Below are positions 35,601-49,744 of a stretch of DNA of 64,000 nucleotides, piece after piece. The position numbers and the translations under genes are program-made. Positions within the stretch are counted from its first letter, which is position 1; the number at the start of each line of letters is the position of its first letter. The notes under the pieces are model-generated. The model saw only the letters and a list, made by a program, of their open reading frames with translations. It did no database searches and was not told the origin of the DNA. This stretch comes from Paraspadella gotoi (taxonomy: Eukaryota; Animalia; Chaetognatha). The stretch covers positions 8,175,002 through 8,239,001 of the forward strand of contig CM119268.1 in the NCBI GenBank assembly GCA_051294375.1. Direction: 5' to 3'.

Positions 35601-38600
35601 TCGTCTTACTCATATGGCTGTATGTAAGAATCAGAGAAACATAGTTATCTCGTCCAAATTTCAACTACTGTATCATGTCAAGACCGAATCATTTGCATAT
35701 TCCAGCATAACGTCAGGAAGGATGGCTTTATTAGTACAATCGTCAGACAAAGTAATCAATGACGATAATTTTTTTCTTCATCACATAAATTATGCGTGAT
35801 CTGTCTCTGCTGTAGTATTTTGGTAATATTTTACAGATTGTAAATACCTGAATCATGACGCTAGTGCCGATGGATCATCATATCACAATAGCTCTGGGCC
35901 ATTCTCTGCAAATGAAAAAAAAAAGTCTTATAATTCTTCATGTCTCCCCGATTTTTAAGTCACAGCAATCTTTCTCCTATCTACCTTTTAGTAAATTCCA
36001 TTTCAAACCTGTTGTATGGCGAAACCGTAACCGATTGTATGCTGAGTTTCGATGAAATAAAATGCTGCATGTGAATGAAATATTTCCATCACGCACGCTT
36101 CCAGCCTTCTCTGCCAATTTAATTTCCCGAGATCGTTGTGAACCAAGCATATGAATCCATATAGTGCCAACACAACAGCTAAAAAGTTATGATTATTGAG
36201 TTTTAAGAAGCCTTAAAGCATTACATATTCTATATTTTAAAAGAACCTCATTCGCGAGACCTCACCTCCCACGAAGCTCGCAAAAAAATGAAGAAACTCC
36301 AGCGCACCGGGATGTATAGCGTGTTAAGATGTTTCTTCCTGGATGTACAATGAGACAACGTTGCACTCCCGTTCTTGAAGGACAAGCCGCTTCATTGTCC
36401 TTCTATCTCCGATTTCCCCGGCGAAGCTTTCGTCGATGTCACAGGTATCATTTTTGAATCGTACGTAGGCGTGGGCCGAGCGGCTCGTGAGAACGACGAT
36501 GAACTCAGGTCTTCCTCGAAGTGGGCGACAACGCCGCCGACCCCGGCCGACGCCGTCCCGTTGCGGACGATGACGAGCACTTGCCGTCTTAGCGCCACTC
36601 CTCGGTAGGGCGGCCGTATCTTGTTCTGTAGTCGGCGATTGCCGCCCGGCGCCGACCATTCCGACGCCCACGTCGGCACAGGATTGACTTGCTCCACGAA
36701 AGTAACCCATGTGATTGAGAGTCGCTGGGCGCGCGACGACGACCGCATGCGCCAAAATCCACGCCATAGCGAGGAGCCGTTGAGACGCAGCGATTTTGGC
36801 GCTCGCGGTGAGTTTAATGCCCCCACCGCGCACACGTTCGGCTTCCCCGCGCGGGGTGCGTGCGTTCGGCGACCAAAAACTTCCGGCGCGAACCGAGGAC
36901 TGTTTTTCTGGCGTCCCGAAACAGTTATTGATTATCAGGCGTCCGGACTTGAGGCGAGGCGAATTCCGGCGTTCGAATTGAGTCGAATTCCACGTCCGAC
37001 AGGTTCGGCGTCCGCGATTGGAGAGTTAATGGTTAAACGATTTCCTCGTATGGGGAGTTCTGTGTGCGATGCGTCGTCGGGCTGGATGGAGTTTTGAGGG
37101 TGTTTCGAAGTTGGGAGAAGAGGACAAAAATGGAAATGAAGAAAATAAATGGTTGCATGTTGCAAAGGGCGTCGCTTTATTTTGACTATGTTTATCGAAT
37201 TCCTCCCCGCCTTCTTTCTTCTCTCCAGATTCTTTTCCAGCATCGACTCTCATCTTAGCGCCAGAGAACAGCTTTTTTCCAGGTAATGGGCTACACTTTT
37301 AAGATGATGCGGAACCGTCTAATCATCCTCGACTCTTTGCCTTTACCGGGCGCGTCTTATTATAGCGCTAAGAGAGAGTCATTCTCTCTCGTACGTAATC
37401 GAAGCATTATTTAAGACTTCAAATTGCAAATTTACTTGGAGAGAATTTTCGTTAAATTTTTCAAAAATTGCGTTGTAAAAGAAATTTCAAAAAAACCCCC
37501 AAGAGGTCAAAGAGAAAAGAGAGCGCCAAGTATATGAGTTAGAAATTTATTTTCACCAACATCGATCTTTTTTCATGATGATTGATGATGAGCTGCTAAT
37601 GCTGATGATGTGGTATTGATAAACCGCTTTGCAAAAAATATCTCCTACCTGTTAGCAGTTGAACCCCATTCAACCTTCGCTTGGGCTCAGACCATTTCTA
37701 CCCTGTTATCTTTATGTTACAATTCACATGCAGCTCCCAACATATCCGGCCGCGATCGTTTAAACTCCTTATTTTTCTCTCTCACGAGACAAGAAACTTC
37801 CTTCCTACCTAGAGTTGCCTGGCGAAACGCCTGTTTTGAAGTATGCGCTCTAAGCAGATGCTGATCTTTTGACCAGCCTTAAAATTGTTTTAGTGATAGG
37901 AATGATAGTGAATGCGACTGAATTCGGTTCTACTAATAATAAAATTATAGATAAATAATTAAATGATTTTAATTAACGTCCTATTCGTTTATTGGTGATT
38001 TTAAAATTTTACCCTCTCTGAAAATCTGAACTGATCGAACATCTCGCTATTTCGACTCCATAATATGTATTCCCACTATCAGCTCATGTTTCCTTACCAC
38101 GTCAAGAAATTCAATAAGACATTATCAAAGTCGAATGAGAGTCTGAGTCTTTGGTCTTCTCCGACCGCGGATTGGGCCGTCGAAAAATAAGTTTTCTTCG
38201 GCATCCTCCATTACCTTCGTTATCGTTTAAACGAAATTCTGGCAATATAACTTTGACTGAGGAAAAAAACCGTTATGGGAGATGTTCGTCGCAATCCTTC
38301 CTCTCCTCTCTCTATCTTTTCGAGAGTGAGATTGAGAACGGAGCAGAGAATTTGTGGTGATTAGAGAAAAACACGTGTCGGAGAGAAAAGAAAGCGAGTG
38401 TTACGCGAAGAATTTTTTCGTTGCGAAAGAGAGAGTGAGAGATATTTTTTTTTATTGCTGTTCTTTTTTGTGGAAAACAGTTTCATGCCATCGGCGATTT
38501 TTTTCTGGAGAAAAGGGGAGGTAAGATATAAAGAAAGTTTTAGCCAATTCCATCTCATTTCTCATTCTGTTCGAAATTTTAAATTGTGTTATTGCTGCGA

Positions 38601-39879
38601 CTTATGTACCTACTAATTTTTGAAAGCCGTTTTTTATGTCTGAGCCTAGCTCATTCACTCTCCCTGTTCAACGTTTTTGGGTCTTGTCTCCTCTTTTTTT
38701 TTCTTCGATGAGTCATCCCTTCTCTTTCAATCTCTTTCTTTACCAGAAAAGTTAGAGGAAAACAGAAGAAAAAAACCACAAAGAGAAAAAGACACGCCCC
38801 TTTTTTTTGTCGAGAAGGCGAAATACGTCATTGTCAACTGAAATGCTCTCTACTCGTGGAATCGGAGGTAATAGCGGGCCCGAGACCTGAGGACGGTCGG
38901 TGGTGTGGTGGGTGCTAACCAGGTCGCATGCAAAGAACGTAAATCAATAAAATATAAAAACGTACATAAGGTCCAAAATTCAGGCCATAGTAGGCTATGG
39001 AAAAAAGGATGAAGATAGGCATAACGGAATAATGGGCTAGAATGAGTATAAGCGCGAATAAGTGATAAGATGAATTATATCAGGACTCAACAAAAAAGGA
39101 AGGAAACGAGGCGAAAAATGGCTAGTCGATGGACGTGACGAGTGGGGAAAAACGTGATGCCAATCGTCCGAGTCAGAAAATCAACCTAAAATCATACAAA
39201 ATGAAATAGAGCCGCCCGGCAGGGAGAAATTGAAACGAATGATGCATCGCAGTTCCGGAAAATCAGAAAGGATATCGTCGTGAATCACCAAGTGAAATGA
39301 GGGGGGTAAGGCGAGAAATGAAGTGGAAAAGGGGTAAGAAAAAGGGGCCGTACGCAACACGAGCCGACTGTGCTGACCTCCTGTAGTAGGTAGGGCCAAC
39401 ACGGGCCGAAAAAGCGCCAAATGCGTCCGGGTCCGACCTGCCACGAACGAAAGAAAGAGGGGGCATGGCTGACGGTATGATTAAGATGCGTGGGAGTGGA
39501 TAAAGAAATATAAATAACCCGGGAGTCGAGCGATGAATATATATGGGAAGTCCGGGAGGACCAGCTGAAGCTCGCGTGGGGCAGAACTGACCACGGGGGA
39601 AAAACAACAATGTGGCCCAACATGAACAAGTCTGAAGGCCCCTCGTAGGGCCGGTCCGTATAGATGCAGGGTGGTCAACCTAAGATCCCCCAACTGCCAA
39701 GCAAACTCGTACCTGTAGGCAAAACGACGTCGTGAAACCATCGGGCTATGGAGAAGTAGGACCTGCCGCATCCCCCGAAGGCCCGTAGTAACTGCCCGTA
39801 AGGCGACTGCCCGAACAGAGATATTCTCCTGGAAGTATGGTCTAACCGGCCTACAATTACAGTAGAGGAATGTTGGCAC

Positions 39880-42178
39880 AAAAAAAACTTAAGACGATTC
39901 AAACAATAAAACAGAAACGAAACGTTGACAACGATTATGGTTAAGCGCAAAACAATCTGCTTTTTTTTCGACATAAAAGATTTTATATCAAAATAAAAAT
40001 ACCTATTACAACTTTTATATTATCATAAAAGAAAAAGCATTGTATGATAACGATGCTTATGAAACGAATTTTTTTTCACGAGAAAGAAATAAAAAATGAC
40101 ATTTTCGCTTTCAAACTTCTCTTCAATATTAAAAAAATAATATTTTCTATCATTCACGATGTTTAAATCGTGAGTCTTAACCATACGCGGATTCCAAATT
40201 CGCACTCTACCGTCGAAACAATCATCTAAAAAACTCAGAAACATTCCGCACCGAGACTTTCATGGTGAGCACAAAAAAAAAATCTCACTTATTCCCAAGA
40301 CGTTTTCTTCGTCACTGCGAGTCAGTGAGAGTCTGTGACCAAAATCACTCTTTTTTTTTTTTTTAGTCCGGAATCTTTGATTTTCGGCGATGGAATAAAA
40401 ATATTTATCTCAATGGAATCCGTAGATTCGGGAGACGCGACGAGGCGAAAGGAAAATGCGAACTTTTAAAAGAAAATAAATCCAGTCGGTGGTTCGACTG
40501 CATCTCTCTCTCTATCTCTTTCTCTCCAGTCGAGAGAGAGAGAGAGAGTGCTTCGCGAAACCACCTCTTCATCTCCAGCACTCCTTCCCCCCCATCGCTA
40601 CCACCACAACCCACCTTGCTTTTCCCGCTTTGTCCCCCTCCCTCCTCCAGGTGTTCACCCTCTCCCCGGTATCAAATGTGCTTTGCGGCGAATCCGCCCA
40701 TGAGGCGATAGACCGCCTGATTGGGCGGCGCGTAGCTGAACGATCCTCTATTGAGATTGGCTCCGCCGTATCCCGCCCTCGCGGCGTTGGGGGTGTGGCT
40801 CCCGGGCGGGACGTAGCTCCCGATGTCACCCACGCTCTTGCGGTAGGAGATTTGGTGCTGCTGCTGGCCCGGGACGCCGCCGCCGCCGCCGACGCCGCCG
40901 GGGTAGCCGAGGGACGGCGGCGCCAGGGACGGCGGCATGGAAGAGTCGCGGACGAAGGGCGCTGCGAATGGGTAAAGGGATTGGCGGGAGGGCGGGGGAA
41001 ATCGCCGTTTGATTGATTGATTGATTGAAATTTAATCATAAAATTCATTCATTCATTCATTCTTACTTTCATTCATTCATTCATTCATTCATTCATTCAT
41101 TCATTCATTCATTCAATCATTCATTCATTCATTCATTCAATCATTCATTCAGTCATTCATTCATTCAATCATTCATTCATTCATTCATAAATTCATTCAT
41201 TCATTCATTGATTATTTATTTATTTATTTATTCATTGATTCATTGATTCATTCATTCATTCATTCATTCATTCATTCATTCATTCATTCATTCATTCATT
41301 CATTTATTCACTCACTCCTATTTATTTATGCCTTTGGTCGCAGGTGACTTCTAGGAGAAAAAAAACTCCTCAACCTCATTAGATATAAATGAGATACTTT
41401 AATTAAATTGTTATTCCCATCTTATATCGTTAAGGACGTCATTCGTTCTTTAACAACAACTAAGTACAGACTTTCCTGTGGCAACGACGCTTCGAGAACT
41501 GACCGTCTCGACCTCAAAAGTCACCAAGTCATTAAAATCGCACTTTCGTCATTCGACGAAACTTAGTGGCACGGTGTCACGGGGTGTCACGGTGACACGT
41601 TTTCGCCTTCGTCGCCGACATCAAAAGAAAAAAACGTGTCGATCGTGACAAGCGAGAAGAGAGAGATAACGAACAAGTACGTGATGATGAAGATGATGAT
41701 GATGATGATGAAGATAATGTGATGATAAAGACGCTCTTGATATTGTGTTTCTAGTATTATTCTTTATCACTTTATAACCACCAACGGAGAATCTTACGAA
41801 ACGTTAGCTTTACAATCGAAATAATTATATATAAAATTTATAAATATCAAGTATTTATAATAGCAGGGAAAGGAAAAAGGCGTTTATAAAACAAGGCCTC
41901 GCTTCAACCTGGTCGATAATGAAATAAGATTAGCATAGAAATTTCACTTCTCTCTCTTTTTTTTTCGTCTACTTTTCAGGTCATCTTCCTCTTGCATCGA
42001 AAAAGTTAGTACAGCTGACTCGCTGAGTAGTACATTTAAGTACATCGGATCGTCAATCTTAACGTGATTCTAGACGGAAAAGCTTTCGACTTTTATGCAT
42101 TATAGGGAAAAAATATGAAATAGAGGTTGAGAGAAATGCAGATATGTCAGGTATGGCAGACGGGGCCTCTCCCAATCG
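39880..42178 (+). repeat. Indel-rich direct copy of 24692-26950 (continuation of the duplicated block); 32668-33140 is a further noisy copy of ~42178-42670
   Basis: Resumes at aaaaaaaacttaagacgattc, exactly where the 26958-32641 copy stopped. Confidence 0.9.
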
Positions 42179-44736
42179 CACAAAGGCGTCATGAGATGGC
42201 ACGTAGAAATGGCAATGACAATTTCTGGCGGCAATCTCTTTGGCAATTTTTGTGCAACTCTCGAAATCGTAAAAGATTCGAGGCAAGATCCTCATTTCCC
42301 GATATTGGCAATAAGAGAAGGTTGGGGAAAAATAGGAATCTTGTCTATTTGTTGTCGATTCTAATTATTTTTTTTAAAAGGAAACTAGCGTCTATCTTTT
42401 TGTTAGGTTTTTGTTTTGTTTTGTTTTTTTATCGACGCACAGATTTTGACGAGACTTGTCGATGCTTCCAATAATCTCGCCATAATGATAACCCATTAAC
42501 TCATCTTTTTTTTTACTCGCTGTCTTGTACCCAATTGACAGATTGACCTTTTTCCTAATTTTTGCCTTACCTTACCCTTACCCATACCTTACCCACGTAT
42601 CAATCTGACCCCGTTTTCCCTTGAATCAAACGCATCTCATAATTTTCACCGCTCAACTCTCACTCAACATTTCACAAAAATGCTTGGAAATTTAATGAAC
42701 GACCTTCACAAATTTTCCTCCGATTCACAATTCATCCACCCCCCATATTTTTACAGCCTCGTCTTCTTTTTCTTCTCCCCCTTTCCTCACTTTTTTCCAC
42801 ACGGTTTTATGACTCTGTTTACTTCCCAACCGATCGACTTTCCTCGCTCGTGCGCCTGCGCGTTTGGCAGAATTTACTATTTTACCGCTCCGTAGCAACT
42901 GCGCAGAATGTGGCGGAAAAAAACTTGAAAGTTATTTTAAGGTGGAGTTTGAGTGATGTTGGGGTGAGGCATCTGGGGAATGAAAGCACTAAGGGAGTAG
43001 GTGAGGTATTGGTGAGTCTGCTGCTGCTTGACAGTTTCGGTGGAAGTTAACGACGGATTTTTCAAGGCTTTCCTGATTTTCCTCACAACTTTAAAAAAAA
43101 AAATTTTCTCCCCTTTTCCCCGACATTTCTTGATGTTATTTTAAAGAGCTACCCCAAAAACTTATTTCATATTTCATATATACATTAATAATTTAATAAT
43201 TATTAGCATACTAAAATGTACGTAATATAAATGAAAAAAAATACTACGTATTACTCAACCCCCGATTTCTCGGTTCTGTTTTCCCTCGCGATATTTCTTC
43301 TCCATTTGAACTCTCGATTTTCAAATCCTCACTTGATCTTTTTCACATTTTCAATATCTCAATTTCAAAGTCGGCGGCGGCGGCGCCCACATGTATCCCA
43401 GCTTTCATCGTCCCTATTTCCTTTTCTCGTTTCTCCTCGAAATTTCGTTTCATCAGATCCACTTTGATCTACTCATTCGCCCCCAATTCTTTTCTCTACT
43501 TGGTTCTTCATTTGCCTTCTTATCCCTTCTCTTTTTCCATTCCTCTTCGTAACTTTCCTCCTTTCTCTCGCTTTTACATATCTCAATCCTGTTTGTTTTT
43601 ACCATTTACCCTTTTCTCCCTCTCTTTACTTTTTCTTTCATCTCCCCATTTGTCTCCCAAATTGGTTTCACTCGCGCGCCCCTTTCTCTCCCCCACCNNN
43701 NNNNNNNNNNNNNNNNNNNNNNNNNNNNNNNNNNNNNNNNNNNNNNNNNNNNNNNNNNNNNNNNNNNNNNNNNNNNNNNNNNNNNNNNNNNNNNNNNNNN
43801 NNNNNNNNNNNNNNNNNNNNNNNNNNNNNNNNNNNNNNNNNNNNNNNNNNNNNNNNNNNNNNNNNNNNNNNNNNNNNNNNNNNNNNNNNNNNNNNNNNNN
43901 NNNNNNNNNNNNNNNNNNNNNNNNNNNNNNNNNNNNNNNNNNNNNNNNNNNNNNNNNNNNNNNNNNNNNNNNNNNNNNNNNNNNNNNNNNNNNNNNNNNN
44001 NNNNNNNNNNNNNNNNNNNNNNNNNNNNNNNNNNNNNNNNNNNNNNNNNNNNNNNNNNNNNNNNNNNNNNNNNNNNNNNNNNNNNNNNNNNNNNNNNNNN
44101 NNNNNNNNNNNTTTTTTTTTTTGCTAAAAGGTTCAATGACGGCGAAAACTCTTTCGCTCGGTCGGCATTTAAATATCTGGCGGTTTTGATCGTGAACGGA
44201 AAAAGTCAATCGGAATTACTGGATGATGATAAGGACCCTTTGTGAGTGTGACTGGTATTGCCTCACCTTCTCACGAGACGAGTTTAAAGTTTGTCGCGCC
44301 TTTCTTCTCAGATGCTGTTAAACCGAGGTAAGTCGCCTCTGGAGATCGATTTGGATAAGACTTGATAAACGGTTGTCATCACAACAACAAACAAAAAACC
44401 TCGAGGCTGTCGACTTTAGCTTAACATAGTTTTGAAATGTTTAAAACGCGGAGAAACGACCGCGTAATAAAATTGGTCGGTCTGTCGGCAGCGATTTTTA
44501 AATTGAAATCGAAATTCGACAATGTACATGTCGATAATGTTGATTGTTGAGCGTTGGATCAAAATATTTTCGGATACTGGGGAAATTACTAATCTCATCC
44601 TAGGTTTCAAACTTGTCATTTATAAAGCCGAGAGACCCAGTAATAAACCCAATAATCCTTTTGATGAGTCCCAAAAATCTCTATTTGACGGAATCAAGAA
44701 TTGCCGAAGTAAACTCTGGAAAAAATCCTTTCCTCC

Positions 44737-44746
44737 GCGCATGCGC
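44737..44746. promoter_or_regulatory. NRF1-type palindrome GCGCATGCGC (related tgcgcctgcgc at 42851)
   Basis: Perfect match to the NRF1/Erect wing site in AT-rich DNA; target gene not identified. Confidence 0.3.
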
Positions 44747-46668
44747 ATTTCGAATTCAGTCGGTATCTTAAAACTAAAAGACGATAAAGTCGGACTCTGC
44801 CACAACGCGGTTTCCATCCGTCAGATTTGGAAGCGGCGAGAGTTCGGAGAGGGTTCGGGGGAAGGGGGAAAAGGGGGAAAAGGGAAAAGGGAAAAGGGGG
44901 TGCTGGGGTCGAAGAGGGCGCTGGAGCAGGAGACAGAGTGTAAAGGAAAGTGGAGTAAAACTGCTTCATTATTTGAACGCGAAAGATGAGTATTGAGTAA
45001 TAACAAAAATTTACATCGTGTTTCTCCGTAGCTGGTGTGAAGGTTTTTGTTAGCAATAGCCGCGTAGGAATGAAAAAATGCAGGAGTGCAGAGGCAAAAA
45101 AAAAAGCATGATCTTTGGAGCCACGTGGAACGGCAGCGGCGGCAGCGGCGGCAGCGGCGGCGGCGGCGGCGGCGGCTCGAGCGTTGTCAACTCAGCAGCG
45201 AGCAAGTTATTGAGTGAAATCTCGATAGGAAAACGAGAGGACGGGAATAAATTATCGGATTTCGCCGATTGCTTTTGAAAAAATAGGGGAAAAAAATCAG
45301 AACCAGCGTTTTTTATTAGACAAACATTAATATTTCCATGTTTTATAATAATGAATTGTTACTCTGTGCAAGATTTTTAAGTCTCCAACAAAACATAGTC
45401 ACGGTCTTAAATGTAAAATCATTTTAATCCCTTGAGAAGTTAAAAAGAAAACGCTTATTTCGTTCTTATATTTAATGTTAATGTATATGTATAAACTGTT
45501 ATAATGTTGTTGACTGACATCTTAAACTTAATTTATATTACTGTCCACGCAACGGACAGGACAGGGAGGAGAGATGACGAACAGACCAAAAAAAGAGGTA
45601 CAGTTACGGCTGTTTATTAAGATTAAGATCAACAAAATTTTAGTGACAAGACCGAGAAGTATATGTTTCTTTACTTTACTTATAAAGTATAAATATTACT
45701 AAGATCTATATGTTTTCAAGTCATGCTTTTTGTGCGCGAGAAATGTCAAAATCGATTATAAAGAAAGAAAGAAATTACTAAATTTGTAAAAAAAAGAAAT
45801 TTTCGTTTTTGGTTTTCGAAAAAAATAATTTTTAGAGGCAAATCAATATGAAAAAAAAAAACAACCAAAACTATGATTACGATTCCTTTTTTTTCGGTTT
45901 TTTTTTTTTATTTTCATGTTTTTGGTTGATTGCGAACCCATCTTTTTCAAAATGAGATTTGGAGTCTCTCCTCTCTCTCTGTCTGTCTGTCTGTCTGTCT
46001 GTTCTGTCTTTTCTTTCTTTCTTTCCTTTCTATTTCTTTTCTTTCTTCTTTTTCTTTCTTTCTTTCTTTCTTTCTTTCTCTCTCTCTCTCGTCTCTCTTT
46101 CTCTCTCTCTCTTCTCTCTCTCTCTATCTCTCTCTCTTCCTATCATAAGTGGGCAAAACCGAGAGAGATTGACATTCGGCCCCACATGTTGCCTGGAAAA
46201 TTTGCAATAAACCAATCACCGATTTTCGATTCGCATTTCAACTTCCTATCCCTCCGTCCGTCCGTTCATCCGTTCATCCCTTCATCCCTTCATTCGTTCA
46301 ATTATCTGTCTTTATTAGTCATAAAACATATGTCATCTTAATATCATCCTTAAGTCTCATCATTTTTTCCGCCTGCTTCGTCCCTTATACTCATTTCGTT
46401 GTGCTTTTTATATACATATATATATATAAGTGAACTTGAACAGTAAACATTGAATAGTAAACAGTAATCACTGAACAACCTTTGGAATTAATCCTCTTTC
46501 TTCCCTTTCCTAGTCCTTCTTCCGATTATTTTCCCATCATCTCTCATTTTTTTTCCTTCTTTATATCATTTATTTTATTTTCAATTGACCTTTTTTTCGC
46601 TTCTCTTTCCTCCCTTTTCCTTTTTCATTGCTTCCCTTTATATCTTCAGTGTCGTCTCTTCCCCCTCT

Positions 46669-46730
<62 letters not shown>

Positions 46731-47145
46731 TCCTCTCTCTCTCCTCACTTCCTCCTTTAACACCTTCCTCTCCCTGCCTTCATTTTTTTCATTTAACTTT
46801 CTCTCTTTCTCTCTTTCTTCTCTTTCCTATTAATCCTTGCCCCCCCCACCGCCCCCCCCCGTTTTTTTTACGAAAAAGTCTCCTCCTTCGGGTTGGTGGT
46901 GTTTTTTCTTGCGACTGTCGCCTCCGTTCCTTTCGCGACGACAACAAAAACAACAAATCGACGACAAAAAAGTCGAAGACGAGGACAACAACAACAACAA
47001 CAAGAACAACAACAGAACAACAACAACAACGGGTGAAAGGAAATCTTAATCCGCGACGAACGGGTGGAACAAATAAAAAGACGGAGAAATTTTGTTGTGG
47101 TTATTGTTGTTGTTTTTTGTTGTCCATGTTGATGATGATGATGAA

Positions 47146-47183
<38 letters not shown>

Positions 47184-48289
47184 CGGGGGACTTATCTGTC
47201 AATCATAAGCAAAATATTGTCTATATTTGCAAAGTTTAACGGATTTTAAAGAATTTAAGTTAAAGTAACATTTAATTTTAAATTCAAATTAAATTCAAAT
47301 TTAATTCAGCTAAATTTTCATTTAATTTAATTATATCTTTTACATTGGTTTCCCGCTTCCGATTCTTTCTTTACAATGGGATTCTTCGACAAAATTATCG
47401 TCACAAAAAGAGTCGATAATTCCACCTCCGCCGCCATGACGCTTTTTTTGTCAAGGAGACAGCGCCACCTTTCCTGGGTAAACCAAAAAAAAATAATGGA
47501 GGGCGATTCCCAAGAGAGAAAAAAACATTAGCAAAAAACCTTGGATATGATTAACGGCTTTCGTAATTTTTGCGAAGTAACTAGTTTTTTTTTTTCAGCA
47601 ACCAATACTCCATGTCTTTAGTGGAGTTCTTCGTGGATTACTCGACTCGTCTGCTAACAGGTGGGCGTGGCCCGATTTAATATTATCTTCATGGGAAGAC
47701 ATGTGGCGTCGAAGGGTTTTTCTTCATCTTTTCTCAAATATCTTCGTTTTTCTTTAATTTTTTTTTTTGACTCGAGAAAAATGCTTCGTCGTTCCTTTCA
47801 TTAGATTACGACGCAAACTGACGGAAAATAAGAGAAATGAGAAAAAAAACAAGTTTGAGCAAACAACGTCGGATCTGCGGTAATAAGCTTATCCGATGAT
47901 TAATCACGATAATTCTTTCTTTCAATTTGTGATCTTAACAGATCATAACAAATCATAAAATAACAAATCATAACAGACATCTTTTTAAATCTATGAAAAA
48001 AAATCTATATATTAATCGATCTATTAATGAACCAGCAGCTGCGCCAATACCAACTGGCATAATTTGGTCAATTTGCGTAATTTGGTCAATTTGCAATCAA
48101 GTAGTCAATTAATGATACGTTAATATCCGATAAAGCTGTCTAATTAAAATAATAATTATAGAGAGAGAAAAAACTTACAATCAAGTTAATGTTAAGAGAT
48201 TTTGTAATAAAATCAATAAAAGAATCTATCAATCAATTACCTGATCAATCAACCCATCAATCATTTTATTGGAGTTAAATTGTCGTGGA

Positions 48290-48548
48290 CTTTGTTTTTT
48301 CCATTTAAACATATTTCCATACGCACGATTCCGTCGAAACTTAATATCAAGCTTAATTACACACTTTCCCACCCACACACGAAATTTCCTTTAAACCCAT
48401 CAATCTAATCACAAGTAATTAGAGTCTTTTGCTAATTTGGGACGGACCTTCAGACAGATAGACAGACAGACAGACATAATTTTTTTTGCATAATTTGTCA
48501 TTATTTGATGTTCTGACATAATATAAGTGACAAAGTGGATTATAGAAA
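48290..48548 (+). mobile_element. Dispersed repeat, copy A (DINE-1/Helentron-derivative-like layout)
   Basis: Alignable by eye to 50272-50565 (cacgattcc.tcgaaactt...cacac.aaatttc...GACA/GACG microsatellite...ttttttgcataatttrtcatwatttgatgttctga...caaagtg.attat); fragments also at ~33400, ~33580 and ~50170. The family name is inference. Confidence 0.55.
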
Positions 48549-49290
48549 AACAATGAATGATAAGTGGTAAGAAGTAAAGAACGAAGATGATTCCAACTCA
48601 AAGTGAGTCAATGTTGCGCAGAATAAGTAAAGAAGAAGAAGAAGAGAAGCGAGAGAAAAAAAGAGGAAGAAAACAAGTTATGAGGAAGAAGATAATTCTG
48701 TTGACGACTCTCCACTACAAACTGGTTTTCGTTTAAAATCGTCAAATTAATTTTTCGACTCCAGCGACGACCAAACGCGTTATATAAAAAACCTCAAAAA
48801 TATTTAAGAAATTCTTTGAAAAATAATTTTAAATAATAATTTTTCGACGCTTCTGTCAAAACATTACAAGTAAGTGAGAAAGAATCATAGGAGGAAAAAA
48901 AAACATTAAATTTAAATAATCCAAACCAAGTATCGAAAGCAGTCGAATAAAGAAAAGAAATATATGAAAAATTGCAAGATTACTGGTTTTAATTTTTGTA
49001 TTCAATTATATTCTTTATATAAAGTATATTCTTTTATAATGTAATTGGGAGAGTTATGTTCGTGTTGTCCCCTTGAAATAGAGGTAGCATCTATACAACA
49101 CAAGGTTAAAAGTTACTTTCTGCCCTAGTTTTTTTTTTATTAAATATTAGACATCATTGAAAATTCAAAATATCCAAGTCTTATTTAATAAACGAATTAT
49201 AAGGCTATTTGCTGCGTCGTGCGGCACTTTTTCTAAAAATATAACATACAAGCCGAAGTTAAAATTTTGTTATATCTTCAACAGCGAGCG

Positions 49291-49744
49291 ATGCCTCATT
49301 GTCCGGTGTGTAATGAAGTGGTTTACTTCGCGGAGAAGGTATTGTCGCTGGGCAAAGAGTACCACCGCCAGTGTTTCAGGTCAGGGAGACTTTTAATGAC
49401 CTTTCATGACCTTGAAAAGGGAAAGTGAAACAGGTTTTTTTTTTGGTTACAGATGCACAAAATGTTCTAAAACGCTGTCGTCGGGAGATCACGCCGAGCA
49501 TGAAGGTAAAGCGTTAAATTGATAGGTCCGTTGATTGATTGATTGATTGGATACAATGTTGCGGTGCATCGTGATCGACGGTTTAAATTTAAATAGATGT
49601 AACTCTTAGAAATATTTATTAAAATTAAATAAGGACATAAATTTTAATAGAAGTTTGTGACTTGGAAAAAAAATCACGCAAACTAAATTTTTGCTCTTTT
49701 CAGGCAAACCCTATTGTCATAGCCCCTGCTACCCTGGCTCTTGA
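49291..49744 (+). CDS. CRIP1: CRIP-type single LIM-domain protein, 60 aa to the first TGA, 3 coding exons
   Basis: Exons 49291-49379, 49453-49505 and 49704-49744 give [60 protein letters not shown], close to CRIP1 ([57 protein letters not shown]). A 5' UTR intron is likely at 48870 (gtaagt) to 49284 (acag). Orthology to CRIP1 specifically is not established. Confidence 0.9.

Noticed and set aside
36324-37097. GC-rich overlapping ORFs of 147-169 aa as a horizontally acquired gene
   Set aside because: No recognisable domain, and they lie within suspected low-quality gap-fill sequence.
43464-44209. 176-241-aa ORFs
   Set aside because: They run through the 414-N gap.
46870-47680. Possible small + strand gene (hydrophobic stretch at ~46890, exon-like pieces at 47375-47477 and 47599-47660)
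   Set aside because: Splice-like sites exist, but there is no consistent frame, start codon or recognisable product.
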